Positions 20,137 to 29,866 of a stretch of 64,000 nt of DNA are shown piece after piece. The position numbers were made by a program, and so were the translations under genes. Origin of the DNA: Gammaproteobacteria bacterium (lineage in GTDB: Bacteria; Pseudomonadota; Gammaproteobacteria; Eutrophobiales; Eutrophobiaceae); the NCBI GenBank assembly GCA_965243205.1, contig CBDEUK010000002.1, positions 1,472,001 to 1,536,000 on the forward strand, in the 5' to 3' direction. Numbering within the stretch: the first letter of the stretch is position 1; each line of letters starts with the position of its first letter. A model generated the notes under the pieces. It saw nothing but the letters and a program-made list of their open reading frames with translations, was not told the DNA's origin and did no database searches.

Positions 20137-21009
20137 ATGGCAAACGACAAACCTCCATCGAGTAATTCACAACGTTCATTTAAAGATTGGCTGGCAGACT
20201 GGTTCTCAAATGCACCTACTGACCGCGAATCACTTATCGATTTAATTCGTTCTGCAGAAGAAAATAATATTCTTGCACCCGATGCCCTCGCTATGATTGA
20301 AGGTGCGCTAGAAGTCTGTGAAATGCGGGTACGCGACATCATGATCCCGCGTATTCAAATGGTGGTCTTAGATTATGAGGCTGAACTCGATAGTATTTTA
20401 AAAACTGTCATTGAATCTGGCCATTCACGATTTCCAGTCATCGATAAAGATAGCGATGAAATCAAAGGTATTTTATTAGCTAAAGATTTACTGCAGTATT
20501 TTGTTGAACATAATCATGCAAGTTTTGATATAGATTCTTTAATACGCCCTGCTTATTTTGTCCCTGAAAGCAAACGCTTAAATGTACTGTTGCGCGAGTT
20601 TCGTTCCAGTCGTAATCATATCGCTATTATCGTCGATGAATACAGTAACCATGCAGGTTTAGTCACTATTGAAGATGTGATTGAGGAAATTGTTGGTGAG
20701 ATCGAAGATGAACACGATAGTGAAGAAGAAGAATTAATCCAGCAACAAAGTCGAAATCGTTTCACTGTAAAAGCAATGACACCGATCGACGAGTTTAATG
20801 ATTATTTTAACGTTGAATTTAACGACGATGAATTTGATACGATCGGCGGTTTTGTTTTAAACGCGTTCGGTCATGTACCGAAACGCGGAGAAGCGATGCA
20901 ACTCAATAATTTTAATGTAAAGATATTACGTTCGGATAAGCGTCGAATACACTTAATGCGTTTTACTCTAAAAGAACAATTAGAATCTGAGACTGAAGAA
21001 ACATCCTAA
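20137..21009 (+). CDS. corC: CBS/CorC Mg2+/Co2+ efflux-associated protein
   Basis: SGHSRFPV, VPESK, IVDEY, EDVIEEIVGEIEDEHD. Confidence 0.93.
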   Translation: MANDKPPSSNSQRSFKDWLADWFSNAPTDRESLIDLIRSAEENNILAPDALAMIEGALEVCEMRVRDIMIPRIQMVVLDYEAELDSILKTVIESGHSRFPVIDKDSDEIKGILLAKDLLQYFVEHNHASFDIDSLIRPAYFVPESKRLNVLLREFRSSRNHIAIIVDEYSNHAGLVTIEDVIEEIVGEIEDEHDSEEEELIQQQSRNRFTVKAMTPIDEFNDYFNVEFNDDEFDTIGGFVLNAFGHVPKRGEAMQLNNFNVKILRSDKRRIHLMRFTLKEQLESETEETS

Positions 21010-21027
21010 ACAGAGTAGTACTCTTTC

Positions 21028-22530
21028 ATGATCTTTCCTTTAAGCAAGCAGTTCACGGACTATATAATTTGTTTTATAGCTGGCGGCATTGCAAGTTTAG
21101 CTTTTGCTCCATATAAATTTTCAATTCTTATTTTTCTTAGTTTAGCTATCTTTTTTTTATATATTTTCAATAACAGAAAAAACAATAGCTGCTTTAGTTA
21201 TGGCTATTTTTACGGATTAGGTTTTTTTGGGTTTGGATTTTACTGGCTTTATATCAGCATTAATTTATTTGGTGGTGTTAATCTTATAGCGGCTTATTGT
21301 ATCACCGCCGTTATGGTAGGTTTTCACGCATTATTTCCTGCATTCTTTTGTTTAATTATTACAAAATATTTAAAGCGACATAGCGATTTCTCTTTATTAT
21401 TTCTTATCCCAGCATTATGGACATTATTTGAGTGGTCACGCACTTGGTTCTTAACTGGCTTTCCTTGGCTAGCAGTCGGCTATACACAAACAGAAAATTT
21501 TCTATCCAGCTATGCAACGATACTCGGCGTTTATGGCGTGAGCTTTTTTATCGTAACCATCGCTTCAGCTATCGCTTACTTAGCTCACGGTAAGAAAATA
21601 CTAGCTTCTTTTCTTATAACGATATGTATCATCTGTTCTGCTTTTGGATTACAAACTGTTCAGTGGACAGAAGATAAAAATCATTCTTTAAATGTCGCAT
21701 TATTACAGGCAGGAATAAAACAAGAAAATAAATGGAAAGAAGAGTATCGACAGAAAACAATCGATTTATATTATGCTTTAAGTGAAGAGCATTGGAATAA
21801 AGATTTGATTTTATGGCCGGAAACAGCTTTACCTTTTTTCTACCATCAAGGTACAGAGGTTATCAATAAATTATCAAAAAAAGCTAAAACTACTAATACT
21901 GAATTATTAGTCGGTATTCCTTATAGCGATCCTGACAGTAGGAAATATTACAATAGCATCATTTCCATTGGTCTTTCAGAAGGAATTTACTTAAAAAAAC
22001 ATTTAGTGCCGTTTGGTGAATATTTGCCTTTAGATAAATATATTCGACCTATTCTAAATGCGTTAAGCATTCCTATGTCGAACTTTAGTTCAGGCCAGCA
22101 AGATAAACCATTAATCAAACATAATGATTATTATGTTGGTCTTTCTATTTGTTATGAAGATGTATTTGGCGAAGAAGTAATTGATGCTCTTCCTGAGGCA
22201 AATATTTTAGTTAATGTAAGTAACGATGCTTGGTTTGGAGACTCATCTGCACCACATCAACATTTACAAATGGCCCAGATGCGTGCAATAGAAACGGGAC
22301 GTTATTTATTACGCGCAACAAATAATGGTGTTACGGCTATCATTAACGATAAAGGTAAAGTTGTAAAACAATCACCTCAGTTCGTTGCAGCAAGTTTGGA
22401 TGCTAAGGTGAAATTGTTTTCAGGCTCAACACCCTATTCAGTAATCGGTAATTATGGCGTGTTATTAATGATTGGATTGATATTCTTTGTTAATTATTTC
22501 TATCCAAGAAAGGCATTATCTAACGGTTGA
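21028..22530 (+). CDS. lnt: Apolipoprotein N-acyltransferase
   Basis: TGFPW, WPETA, K.HLVPFGEY, ICYE, SNDAWFG. Confidence 0.95.
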   Translation: MIFPLSKQFTDYIICFIAGGIASLAFAPYKFSILIFLSLAIFFLYIFNNRKNNSCFSYGYFYGLGFFGFGFYWLYISINLFGGVNLIAAYCITAVMVGFHALFPAFFCLIITKYLKRHSDFSLLFLIPALWTLFEWSRTWFLTGFPWLAVGYTQTENFLSSYATILGVYGVSFFIVTIASAIAYLAHGKKILASFLITICIICSAFGLQTVQWTEDKNHSLNVALLQAGIKQENKWKEEYRQKTIDLYYALSEEHWNKDLILWPETALPFFYHQGTEVINKLSKKAKTTNTELLVGIPYSDPDSRKYYNSIISIGLSEGIYLKKHLVPFGEYLPLDKYIRPILNALSIPMSNFSSGQQDKPLIKHNDYYVGLSICYEDVFGEEVIDALPEANILVNVSNDAWFGDSSAPHQHLQMAQMRAIETGRYLLRATNNGVTAIINDKGKVVKQSPQFVAASLDAKVKLFSGSTPYSVIGNYGVLLMIGLIFFVNYFYPRKALSNG

Positions 22531-23829
22531 TACCTCTTCTAAACGTCGTTTTAACTCAGGTTCTTCAGTAGCTAAATCCAAAACTTCGCTTCTACTTAAT
22601 CGTAATAACGTAGATGATACAGCAGCAATTGCCGTAGCTGACCTCACTGCTTCTCCTAGCAAAGCTTTCTCACCGATAAAGTTACCTGAATATAATTCAG
22701 CAATAGAGTTTTCTTCATCATTTTTATAAACATTAATTTGCCCACTGTGAATTATATATAGAGCATCACCATGTTCGCCTTCGCCAATCACGACATCATC
22801 TTTTAGAAATTGAAGCACTGTCACTTTATCGGCCAGTTTTTCGATAATGGGTTCTGGCAAACCATTTAATAATGGAACTTTACCAATCAAACTACTAACG
22901 CTTATCTTAGTAGCAGGTTGTTCAACCTTTGGCAGATCATTAATTGTGTCAATTACCTTTTTCTCTATTAATGAATTGACTTTCGATCCTATAATTCCTT
23001 CATCAAAAGCAGTGTTCGCATTGTTCTTTGCAGTCACAAGCGCAATTTCAGCTAACAAACATGTTTCAAAACGTAAATAAAATTCAGGATACTCAGATAA
23101 GATATCATCTATTCTCTGTTTGCGACGTAAAAAACGTTTTTCATAAACTGATTCAACTTGTTTAAGCTGTTCAGGTTCATAATCATCCTTTAAAGAATCT
23201 AATTCATTTAATACTGTCTTTGACATTAAAGCACCGGCGATATTTCTTCTAACCCTTGCTGATAATCTTTTATATTGATACTTAGATAAAATATTAGAAG
23301 CCCAATTTTTTTCTCGTAAAAAGCGTACAATTGAAGATTCAACCGTTCTAAAAAATGTATCTTGATCACTATCTTCATCTAAAAATGGTTTATCCGTAGA
23401 ATTCAACCAATTATCACGTGCCTTGCGTAATGTATTTTTTATATCGTAATAAGTATAAAAAGATATTAAACCGATTCGTTTTAAATTACCCAACTCTTTA
23501 AGTTCAATACGTAAAGCCATTGTATATAAATGACGTAGATTATCTTGTTGTGAAACATCTATTTCTTCTGGGGTTAAAACATGATTTATTTTTTTATTAA
23601 TCAGTGAACGCAATTCGTCATCAATCAATTCAGCTTTTTGTAACCGATCCAATAACAATGATGAATCATCTTTTGCATGATTTAACGCATGGTAAAACTC
23701 TACCTTATCATCATTCGACAACATGTTATTGCCGAGGTTGTTAAAAAATGGCTTGGCATATAACACCAAACCCATAATTAATATTATTAAAAATATGAAT
23801 CCAAAAAAAATAAAAATTATTTCGAGCAT
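22516..23829 (-). CDS. Membrane-anchored cyclic nucleotide-binding domain protein
   Basis: Single N-terminal TM; C-term EGEHGDALYII.SG...FIGEKALL...RSAT cNMP domain. Confidence 0.7.
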   Translation of the reverse strand: MLEIIFIFFGFIFLIILIMGLVLYAKPFFNNLGNNMLSNDDKVEFYHALNHAKDDSSLLLDRLQKAELIDDELRSLINKKINHVLTPEEIDVSQQDNLRHLYTMALRIELKELGNLKRIGLISFYTYYDIKNTLRKARDNWLNSTDKPFLDEDSDQDTFFRTVESSIVRFLREKNWASNILSKYQYKRLSARVRRNIAGALMSKTVLNELDSLKDDYEPEQLKQVESVYEKRFLRRKQRIDDILSEYPEFYLRFETCLLAEIALVTAKNNANTAFDEGIIGSKVNSLIEKKVIDTINDLPKVEQPATKISVSSLIGKVPLLNGLPEPIIEKLADKVTVLQFLKDDVVIGEGEHGDALYIIHSGQINVYKNDEENSIAELYSGNFIGEKALLGEAVRSATAIAAVSSTLLRLSRSEVLDLATEEPELKRRLEEVSTVR

Positions 23830-23848
23830 AATATTTAACCAATAAATT

Positions 23849-24748
23849 TTAAGCGTTACGGTTTGCTAAATAATCTATAGTAATGACTAAAATAAATCCT
23901 ATTAAAACCATACCTAATGACTGCATAACTTCTAGTGTTATATACTGAGGAATATATGGTACAGACTCTATAAGTTTTTCTTTGCCTCTTATCGTTGCAT
24001 AATGCCTTTCTTGAAATGGCCATATAATCCACAAAGAAGCGACTAATAGACCAATAATAAAAGCTAAAGTTGATTTATTATAACGACTGAGTAAATAAGA
24101 GAGCACTCGGCTAAAAAGCATTAAACCCGTTGCAGCACCAAGCGCAAAAGGAATAATAATGGATAATTTAAAATGTCCTATTGCTGTTAATATGTAAGAA
24201 TATTTTTTTAACATTAATAATAAAAAAGATCCGGAAATACCAGGAAGGATCATTGCACAAATAGCAATAGCGCCTGTTATAAAAACAAACCATGTATCAT
24301 TCGGTGTTTCTTCAGGTACCATACTAAAAACAAAATAACCTACAGCAATACCAAAGGTTATAAAGACATAATGGATAATATCTGTGAGCTTAGTTTGTTT
24401 TACTAAAACAAAAATAGAAGCCAAAATTAAACCAAAGAACAAACCGAATACCAGTTCAGGATACAATAATATATAAATAGGCAGAGGAAAGATTCGAGTA
24501 AAGACAATAACAGCAGCTAATATCCCTATCATCAATGGGATCAGAAAAGCAAAATGAGGTCGATTAAATATGGTTTTAAAATCAAAACTGAATATCGCTT
24601 TAAACCATAAGAAGTCAAATGACTTGATTGCATTTATGAGCTGTTGATAAATGCCTAGTATTAAAGCCATCGTACCACCACTCACACCCGGAACCACATC
24701 TGCAGCTCCCATACACATTCCTTTTAAAACTAATATAATCTTATTCAT
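23849..24748 (-). CDS. DUF368 family (undecaprenyl-phosphate translocase-like) membrane protein
   Basis: MGAADVVPGVSGGT and CAMILPGISGS repeats. Confidence 0.88.
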   Translation of the reverse strand: MNKIILVLKGMCMGAADVVPGVSGGTMALILGIYQQLINAIKSFDFLWFKAIFSFDFKTIFNRPHFAFLIPLMIGILAAVIVFTRIFPLPIYILLYPELVFGLFFGLILASIFVLVKQTKLTDIIHYVFITFGIAVGYFVFSMVPEETPNDTWFVFITGAIAICAMILPGISGSFLLLMLKKYSYILTAIGHFKLSIIIPFALGAATGLMLFSRVLSYLLSRYNKSTLAFIIGLLVASLWIIWPFQERHYATIRGKEKLIESVPYIPQYITLEVMQSLGMVLIGFILVITIDYLANRNA

Positions 24749-24759
24749 ATATTTGTTAA

Positions 24760-25827
24760 TTATTGATGATATTGACGACTAAGTTCGTGTACGGCGTCAA
24801 CTAGGCAAGCCATGTTTTCAGGGTCAATGCCTGGGTGAATACCATGCCCTAAATTAAATACATGACCACTACCATGACCATAGCTAGCAAGAATCCTATC
24901 AACTTCATTTCGGATAGCGTCTTTAGAGGCATACAAAACAGAAGGATCCATATTTCCTTGCAGAGCAACCTTATCGCCAATAGCTTTTCTTACATCGCCA
25001 AGATCTTGAGTCCAATCTAACCCCATCGCATCACAACCCGAATTAGCAATGCTATCTACCCAAAGACCTGCACCTTTACTAAATAAAATTACTGGTATAG
25101 TTTGCTTATCATATGAACGATGTAGATCTGCAATAATTTTTCGCATATATTTTAATGAAAACTCTTGATACGCAGGGCCTGATAATATCCCGCCCCAAGT
25201 ATCAAACAACATAACAGCCTGTACGCCAGCTTCTATTTGCGCATTTAAATAATCTGTAACTGAATCAGCCAGTAAATCTAACAAACCATGCAATACATCA
25301 GGCGTATCATAAAGCATGCGCTTTATTGTTTCGTATTGCTTTGATGATTGTCCTTCAACCATATAAGTCGCCAGAGTCCAAGGACTCCCTGAAAAACCGA
25401 TTAAGGGCACTCTTCCATCCAACTCTTTTCGAATGACTCGCACCGCGTTCATCACATAATCTAAATCATCTTCTGGATCGGGTTTTCCAATCGTTTTTAA
25501 ATCGTCAGCTGAACGAATAGTTTTGGCAAATCTTGGGCCTTGTTTCTCGACTAAAGACAGGCCTAAACCCATCGCATCAGGAATGGTTAAAATATCAGAA
25601 AATAAGATCGCAGCATCTAATGGATAACGTTCCAAAGGTTGCATCGTGACTTCGCATGCAAGCTCAGGTGTCTTACATAATGTTAAAAAATCTCCAGCTT
25701 TTTCACGAGTTTGTCGATACTCTGGTAAATATCGGCCAGCTTGTCGCATTACCCAAATAGGAGTTTGGTCAATTGGCTGGCGGAGTAGCGCTTTAATAAA
25801 GCGATCATTTTTTAATAATACGGACAT
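24760..25827 (-). CDS. hemE: Uroporphyrinogen decarboxylase
   Basis: [24 protein letters not shown]. Confidence 0.97.
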   Translation of the reverse strand: MSVLLKNDRFIKALLRQPIDQTPIWVMRQAGRYLPEYRQTREKAGDFLTLCKTPELACEVTMQPLERYPLDAAILFSDILTIPDAMGLGLSLVEKQGPRFAKTIRSADDLKTIGKPDPEDDLDYVMNAVRVIRKELDGRVPLIGFSGSPWTLATYMVEGQSSKQYETIKRMLYDTPDVLHGLLDLLADSVTDYLNAQIEAGVQAVMLFDTWGGILSGPAYQEFSLKYMRKIIADLHRSYDKQTIPVILFSKGAGLWVDSIANSGCDAMGLDWTQDLGDVRKAIGDKVALQGNMDPSVLYASKDAIRNEVDRILASYGHGSGHVFNLGHGIHPGIDPENMACLVDAVHELSRQYHQ

Positions 25828-25954
25828 ATACGGTATATAGTGTTTATTTTTCTGGAATCATACCTTAAATAAATTTTATAAAACAGTTTCCGATATACTT
25901 GAATATCTTAAATAAATTTCTAAAATACTAAAAACAATTCGGTTATATTTTTTT

Positions 25955-26749
25955 ATGTTCACTCAACCACAAAATCGCTACCAAGCATTTGGTATTCATC
26001 TGTTAATCAGCGCAATCATTTTTATCGTACTTGCCGCTATCATTATCTTTATCTGGTACCCTGGCTTTTTATTTTGGGCTGATGGGGGCTGGCAAGGTAT
26101 TCGCCTAATTGCAGGTGTCGACTTTATTATTGGTCCTGTATTGACTTTGATGGTTTATAAACTTGGAAAGCCCAGTCTTAAATTTGATTTAACCGTAATT
26201 GGCATAATACAAATAGCCTGTTTAATCGTTGGTTGTTGGTTAGTCTATCAAGAACGTCCACTTGCTATGATTTATGCCAATGGCGGTTTTTACACTATGT
26301 CTGAGAACTCATTTGAATTTCATGACTATGATAGCCAAGAAGCATTGAAACATGACAGCAAAGTACCAGCTTGGATTTTTGTTGAACTACCTAAAGAAAA
26401 AGAAGCACGTTCTAAAATTTTAATAGAGCAACTTCGAGATGGCCCGATTCATTCTCGTATCGATTTATACCATCCATATAAAGACAACTTATCAGAGGTA
26501 TTTATTGAGAATATAGATCCAAAAACTTTGGATGAAAATACTCGCAATTCTTTATCAGAAAATGGCAAGCTCTATTTTTTCAATGCACGTTACTCTAGTT
26601 CTTATATAGAAATTGATAAAGACACCGGTAAATTTATTGCTCTTCATAAAAAACCTAAACCTAATTTTGAGAATACGGTTCCTTTAGAAGAAGCTATACA
26701 AGAGAAAGAAAATGATATTAGTAATCCTTCAGATGTTATCTCAGAATAA
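25955..26749 (+). CDS. TfpX/TfpZ (FimB-like) type IV pilin accessory protein
   Basis: AFGIHLLIS, WYP, VD..IGPVLT, K..LKFDL..I..IQ, RP motifs. Confidence 0.7.
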   Translation: MFTQPQNRYQAFGIHLLISAIIFIVLAAIIIFIWYPGFLFWADGGWQGIRLIAGVDFIIGPVLTLMVYKLGKPSLKFDLTVIGIIQIACLIVGCWLVYQERPLAMIYANGGFYTMSENSFEFHDYDSQEALKHDSKVPAWIFVELPKEKEARSKILIEQLRDGPIHSRIDLYHPYKDNLSEVFIENIDPKTLDENTRNSLSENGKLYFFNARYSSSYIEIDKDTGKFIALHKKPKPNFENTVPLEEAIQEKENDISNPSDVISE

Positions 26750-26772
26750 TAGCGATATAGAACTATCACTAA

Positions 26773-27363
26773 TTATTCAGATAAATTAACAATCTTAGAT
26801 ACTGCCTCTAAACGTTTATCTCTGCCGCATGAATAACGATAATATTTATATTTTAAAGAGTTTTTTAGATAGTAATCTTGATGGTACTCCTCGGCATGAT
26901 AAAACGGTTTTGCCAAAATAATTTCTGTTACTATTTTCTCTTTACCTTTTATTTTAGCTTGTAATTCTTTCTTTGATATTTCAGCCAATTTTGCTTCTTG
27001 TTCATTATTTGGGAATATAGCCGCTCGATATTGTGGTCCTTTATCACAGAATTGCCCTCTATCATCAAATGGATCAATGTTCTTCCAAAAAACACCAAGT
27101 AACTTTTCGTAACTGACAACAGTAGGATCATATTCAATTTCTATCGCTTCATAATGTCCGGTTTTACCTGTCGATGTTTTTTTATAGGTAGCATCTTCTT
27201 CTGAACCACCTGTATAACCTGAAGTTGTCCTTACGACACCTTCAACTTTATCGAATGGCTTTTCCATACACCAGAAACAACCACCCGCAAATAATGCGAT
27301 TTTTGTTTCTGCAGTAACATGAATACTTACGAAAGATAAAATAACAACAAGAATATAGCGCAT
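26773..27363 (-). CDS. msrA: Peptide methionine (S)-sulfoxide reductase with Sec-type signal peptide
   Basis: AGGCFWCME, GYTGG, GHYE, AEEYHQDYY; start moved to ATG at 27363. Confidence 0.93.
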   Translation of the reverse strand: MRYILVVILSFVSIHVTAETKIALFAGGCFWCMEKPFDKVEGVVRTTSGYTGGSEEDATYKKTSTGKTGHYEAIEIEYDPTVVSYEKLLGVFWKNIDPFDDRGQFCDKGPQYRAAIFPNNEQEAKLAEISKKELQAKIKGKEKIVTEIILAKPFYHAEEYHQDYYLKNSLKYKYYRYSCGRDKRLEAVSKIVNLSE

Positions 27364-27364
27364 A

Positions 27365-27877
27365 TCAACCTCTAAGCTCAGGTAATGGTTTATCATCAGG
27401 AACAAATTTTAACGCCAAACCATTATTACAATAACGCAACCCGGTTGGTTTTGGACCATCATCAAATACATGGCCTTGATGACCACCGCAGCGAATGCAA
27501 TGATATTCTGTTCTTGGCCAGAATAACTTTCTATCCTCTTTGGTACCAAGTCGTCCGGTTATAGGTTGATAAAAGCTAGGCCAACCCGTTCCGCTTTCAT
27601 ATTTTGTTTCAGATTCAAATAAAGGTAAATAGCATGCCGCACAAACAAATGTGCCTTTTTCCTTCACATCATTTAGCGCACTACTGCCTGGTGGTTCCGT
27701 GCCTTCTTCAAATAAGATATGAAATTGGTCATCCGTTAAAATTGATTTCCATTTATCTTCACTAGTATCGAGTGGTGTTTTATCAACCTGTTGATTAACA
27801 GGGTGAGCAATCAAAGTTCCTGCAGCTATTGCTCCTATACCACTCGCACCTAAAGTAAAAAATTGTCTGCGGTTCAT
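27365..27877 (-). CDS. msrB: Peptide methionine (R)-sulfoxide reductase with Tat signal
   Basis: MNRRQFF Tat motif, two CxxC, GWPSF, GHVF.DGP, RYCNNG; start at 27877. Confidence 0.93.
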   Translation of the reverse strand: MNRRQFFTLGASGIGAIAAGTLIAHPVNQQVDKTPLDTSEDKWKSILTDDQFHILFEEGTEPPGSSALNDVKEKGTFVCAACYLPLFESETKYESGTGWPSFYQPITGRLGTKEDRKLFWPRTEYHCIRCGGHQGHVFDDGPKPTGLRYCNNGLALKFVPDDKPLPELRG

Positions 27878-27962
27878 AGTTAAACTCCGGAAATAGTTAA
27901 CAAAAAAGACCTTATTCAATCATGATAGTTCAGACTAGAACCGCAAATTACCATTTTGTAAT

Positions 27963-28346
27963 TTAGAGTGCGTCGCCTATTGTCCTAGGAGAAACCGCCC
28001 AGGCATCATCCAAAGGTGCCATCGCTCGTTTTGGTTTTAAACATAAACCCATAGCCACCGTCGAAGCTAGAATAGGGTTATCCATTTGATTTTTCCAGAC
28101 CAGTTGTATTGCCTCAAAAATACGGTCTTTGTGAGAATCGGTTACTGGGGCATTCTCAATGACTACCAATAAATCGCGTAATGACATACCTTGTTTGAAT
28201 TGATATGCGGCTTGATACACATCTTTAGCAAATAATTCACAAGTATGATCCATATTTTTTCGATTGGTATAATTAACAGGTTCTGCAGATGCAAGCGCTG
28301 CAAATATCATTAACCATATTATTAAACTGGCAATAAACATTCTCAT
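27963..28346 (-). CDS. Hypothetical exported protein (2 Cys)
   Basis: 127-aa ORF with signal peptide (ALASA-E), GAGA RBS-like sequence; no recognised motif. Confidence 0.7.
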   Translation of the reverse strand: MRMFIASLIIWLMIFAALASAEPVNYTNRKNMDHTCELFAKDVYQAAYQFKQGMSLRDLLVVIENAPVTDSHKDRIFEAIQLVWKNQMDNPILASTVAMGLCLKPKRAMAPLDDAWAVSPRTIGDAL

Positions 28347-28398
28347 TTTAATTTCTCACAGTTTCTATGAGCCTCCTATTGGTTGGTAAAAGTAATGC

Positions 28399-28438
28399 AA
28401 AAAAAAAGGCCACTGATTTTTCAACCTGTGGCCTTTTT
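28399..28438 (-). terminator. Attenuator-type intrinsic terminator
   Basis: AAAAAGGCCAC-aggttgaaaaatca-GTGGCC-TTTTTTTTT on the minus strand, upstream of the 28346 start. Confidence 0.8.
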
Positions 28439-28458
28439 AAAAATATTTGCTTTTGTTA

Positions 28459-28557
28459 TTACAAATACAATTCCTCGACACACAGGCAAGGGTTGACCAC
28501 ACACATAAATGCATGGCGCCAATAAATAACCTGTTTTGTCGATAGCTTTATATTCAT
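28459..28557 (-). CDS. Putative leader peptide MNIKLSTKQVIYWRHAFMCVVNPCLCVEELYL (32 aa)
   Basis: Hand translation; lies between a near-consensus promoter and a terminator; 3' part complementary to the terminator 5' arm. Confidence 0.65.
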   Translation of the reverse strand: MNIKLSTKQVIYWRHAFMCVVNPCLCVEELYL

Positions 28558-28566
28558 AGGGCGCGG

Positions 28567-28595
28567 ATAATGTTCTTAATTTCTAAAGTTGTCAA
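28567..28595 (-). promoter_or_regulatory. Sigma70 promoter of the leader
   Basis: TTGACA (28595-28590), 17 bp, CATTAT (28572-28567), GC-rich discriminator CCGCGCC. Confidence 0.75.
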
Positions 28596-28702
28596 GTAAA
28601 TGGTTATAATTAAATCCTATATGAACTTTACATTGGGTTATTTATCTATTTTTCAATAACTTAAATTTATATATTTCTAATTTTAAGGATTACAGATTGC
28701 CT

Positions 28703-29122
28703 ATGCGAACTTTGCTTTTATCTTTTATATGTATGTTTATAGTTTCATGCAGCCAACCACCGGCAGTTGAAGCGATTCAAAATAGTATGGAAAAAATCGA
28801 AACCGCGGCTGAAAATAAAGATACATCCGCTATTATGAAATACATTCACGATAGTTTTCGTGGTAATGAACATCTTGATAAAACCCAGCTTCGAAAATTA
28901 TTGATGGTTCATTTTCTACGTCATAACAATATTACTGTGTTAATAACTCAAATGGACATCGAACATGATCCAACCCAACCATACTATGCAACAATGTCAG
29001 GCACAGTAGCGATTACAGGTGCAAAAAATATTCTGCCTCAAGATGGTAAAATTTATTCCTTAAAAGGAACTTGGGAATTCCATGGAGGCGATTGGTTATT
29101 ATCAGAGCTTACCTGGCAATAA
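28703..29122 (+). CDS. Lipoprotein, probable NTF2-like fold
   Basis: IVSC lipobox; Y.HDSF.G...W...G.DW pattern. Confidence 0.6.
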   Translation: MRTLLLSFICMFIVSCSQPPAVEAIQNSMEKIETAAENKDTSAIMKYIHDSFRGNEHLDKTQLRKLLMVHFLRHNNITVLITQMDIEHDPTQPYYATMSGTVAITGAKNILPQDGKIYSLKGTWEFHGGDWLLSELTWQ

Positions 29123-29858
29123 TATCGACAATAGGATCTTGTTCTCGCATAGAAGCCAGAACCACCTTATCAAACCGATCTGTTTGAGCTAAAGCTTCAG
29201 TAGCAGCTTTCGCTGCTAATTGTTGTAACTCAGTGTAATCAACCATATTAATCAGAGGTATCACTTTTTTCGAATCGCTATTCTTTAAAGAGCCTTCATT
29301 TGAAATTAATAATTTTGTGATATGTTCAGGTTGAAAGATTTCATTTTCGTTTAGGCCTGTTAACTCAGTCATCTTTTGCACACGATGAGTTATCTTATCA
29401 TTCAATGGCATACCTAATACTTTAGCGGAAATCACAGGAACAACGACATTAGCGATTTGTGGAATGATAGGTTCATGCTCTGCAGGCGCCTTGATAAACC
29501 GGCCACGAGCTCCATCAGATTTAACAACAATTAAGTCAAAATTTCCAAGCTGCTTAAACTCTTTTAACGATTCACAAGAAACGCCTGCTCGACGACCAAA
29601 ACGCTCAGAAGGTTTTGCGAACGCAATGGTTTTAGAATCTGTATCGTTTGCTATGGCATCTAATAATATCTGTTCTTCGCCAATATATTTCGTCGCATTT
29701 AATGAGTTTGGAAAATATTCTATGTGAGCTGTTGCTGTGATACCGACACGCCCTGAATGTGCATTAGCTAGTTGGAACATGGCTGTTTTCTTTCCACCTG
29801 CACCAACAAAACTCACAATGCCATTTTCAGCATTAAAGATTTCAACTAAATCTTTCAT
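29109..29858 (-). CDS. yqeC: YqeC family (selenium-dependent molybdenum hydroxylase accessory) protein
   Basis: VGAGGKKT, ITATAHI, KSDGARGRFIKAPAEHEP, LINMVD. Confidence 0.8.
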   Translation of the reverse strand: MKDLVEIFNAENGIVSFVGAGGKKTAMFQLANAHSGRVGITATAHIEYFPNSLNATKYIGEEQILLDAIANDTDSKTIAFAKPSERFGRRAGVSCESLKEFKQLGNFDLIVVKSDGARGRFIKAPAEHEPIIPQIANVVVPVISAKVLGMPLNDKITHRVQKMTELTGLNENEIFQPEHITKLLISNEGSLKNSDSKKVIPLINMVDYTELQQLAAKAATEALAQTDRFDKVVLASMREQDPIVDIIAR

Positions 29859-29866
29859 TAAAAATA

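Noticed and set aside
28047-28059. 13-bp match (ACCCATAGCCACC) to the tRNA-Met 3' end (6513-6525), suggesting attR of an island
   Set aside because: Lies inside a CDS, the interval contains core genes (miaB, lnt, hemE), and no integrase is present; most likely chance
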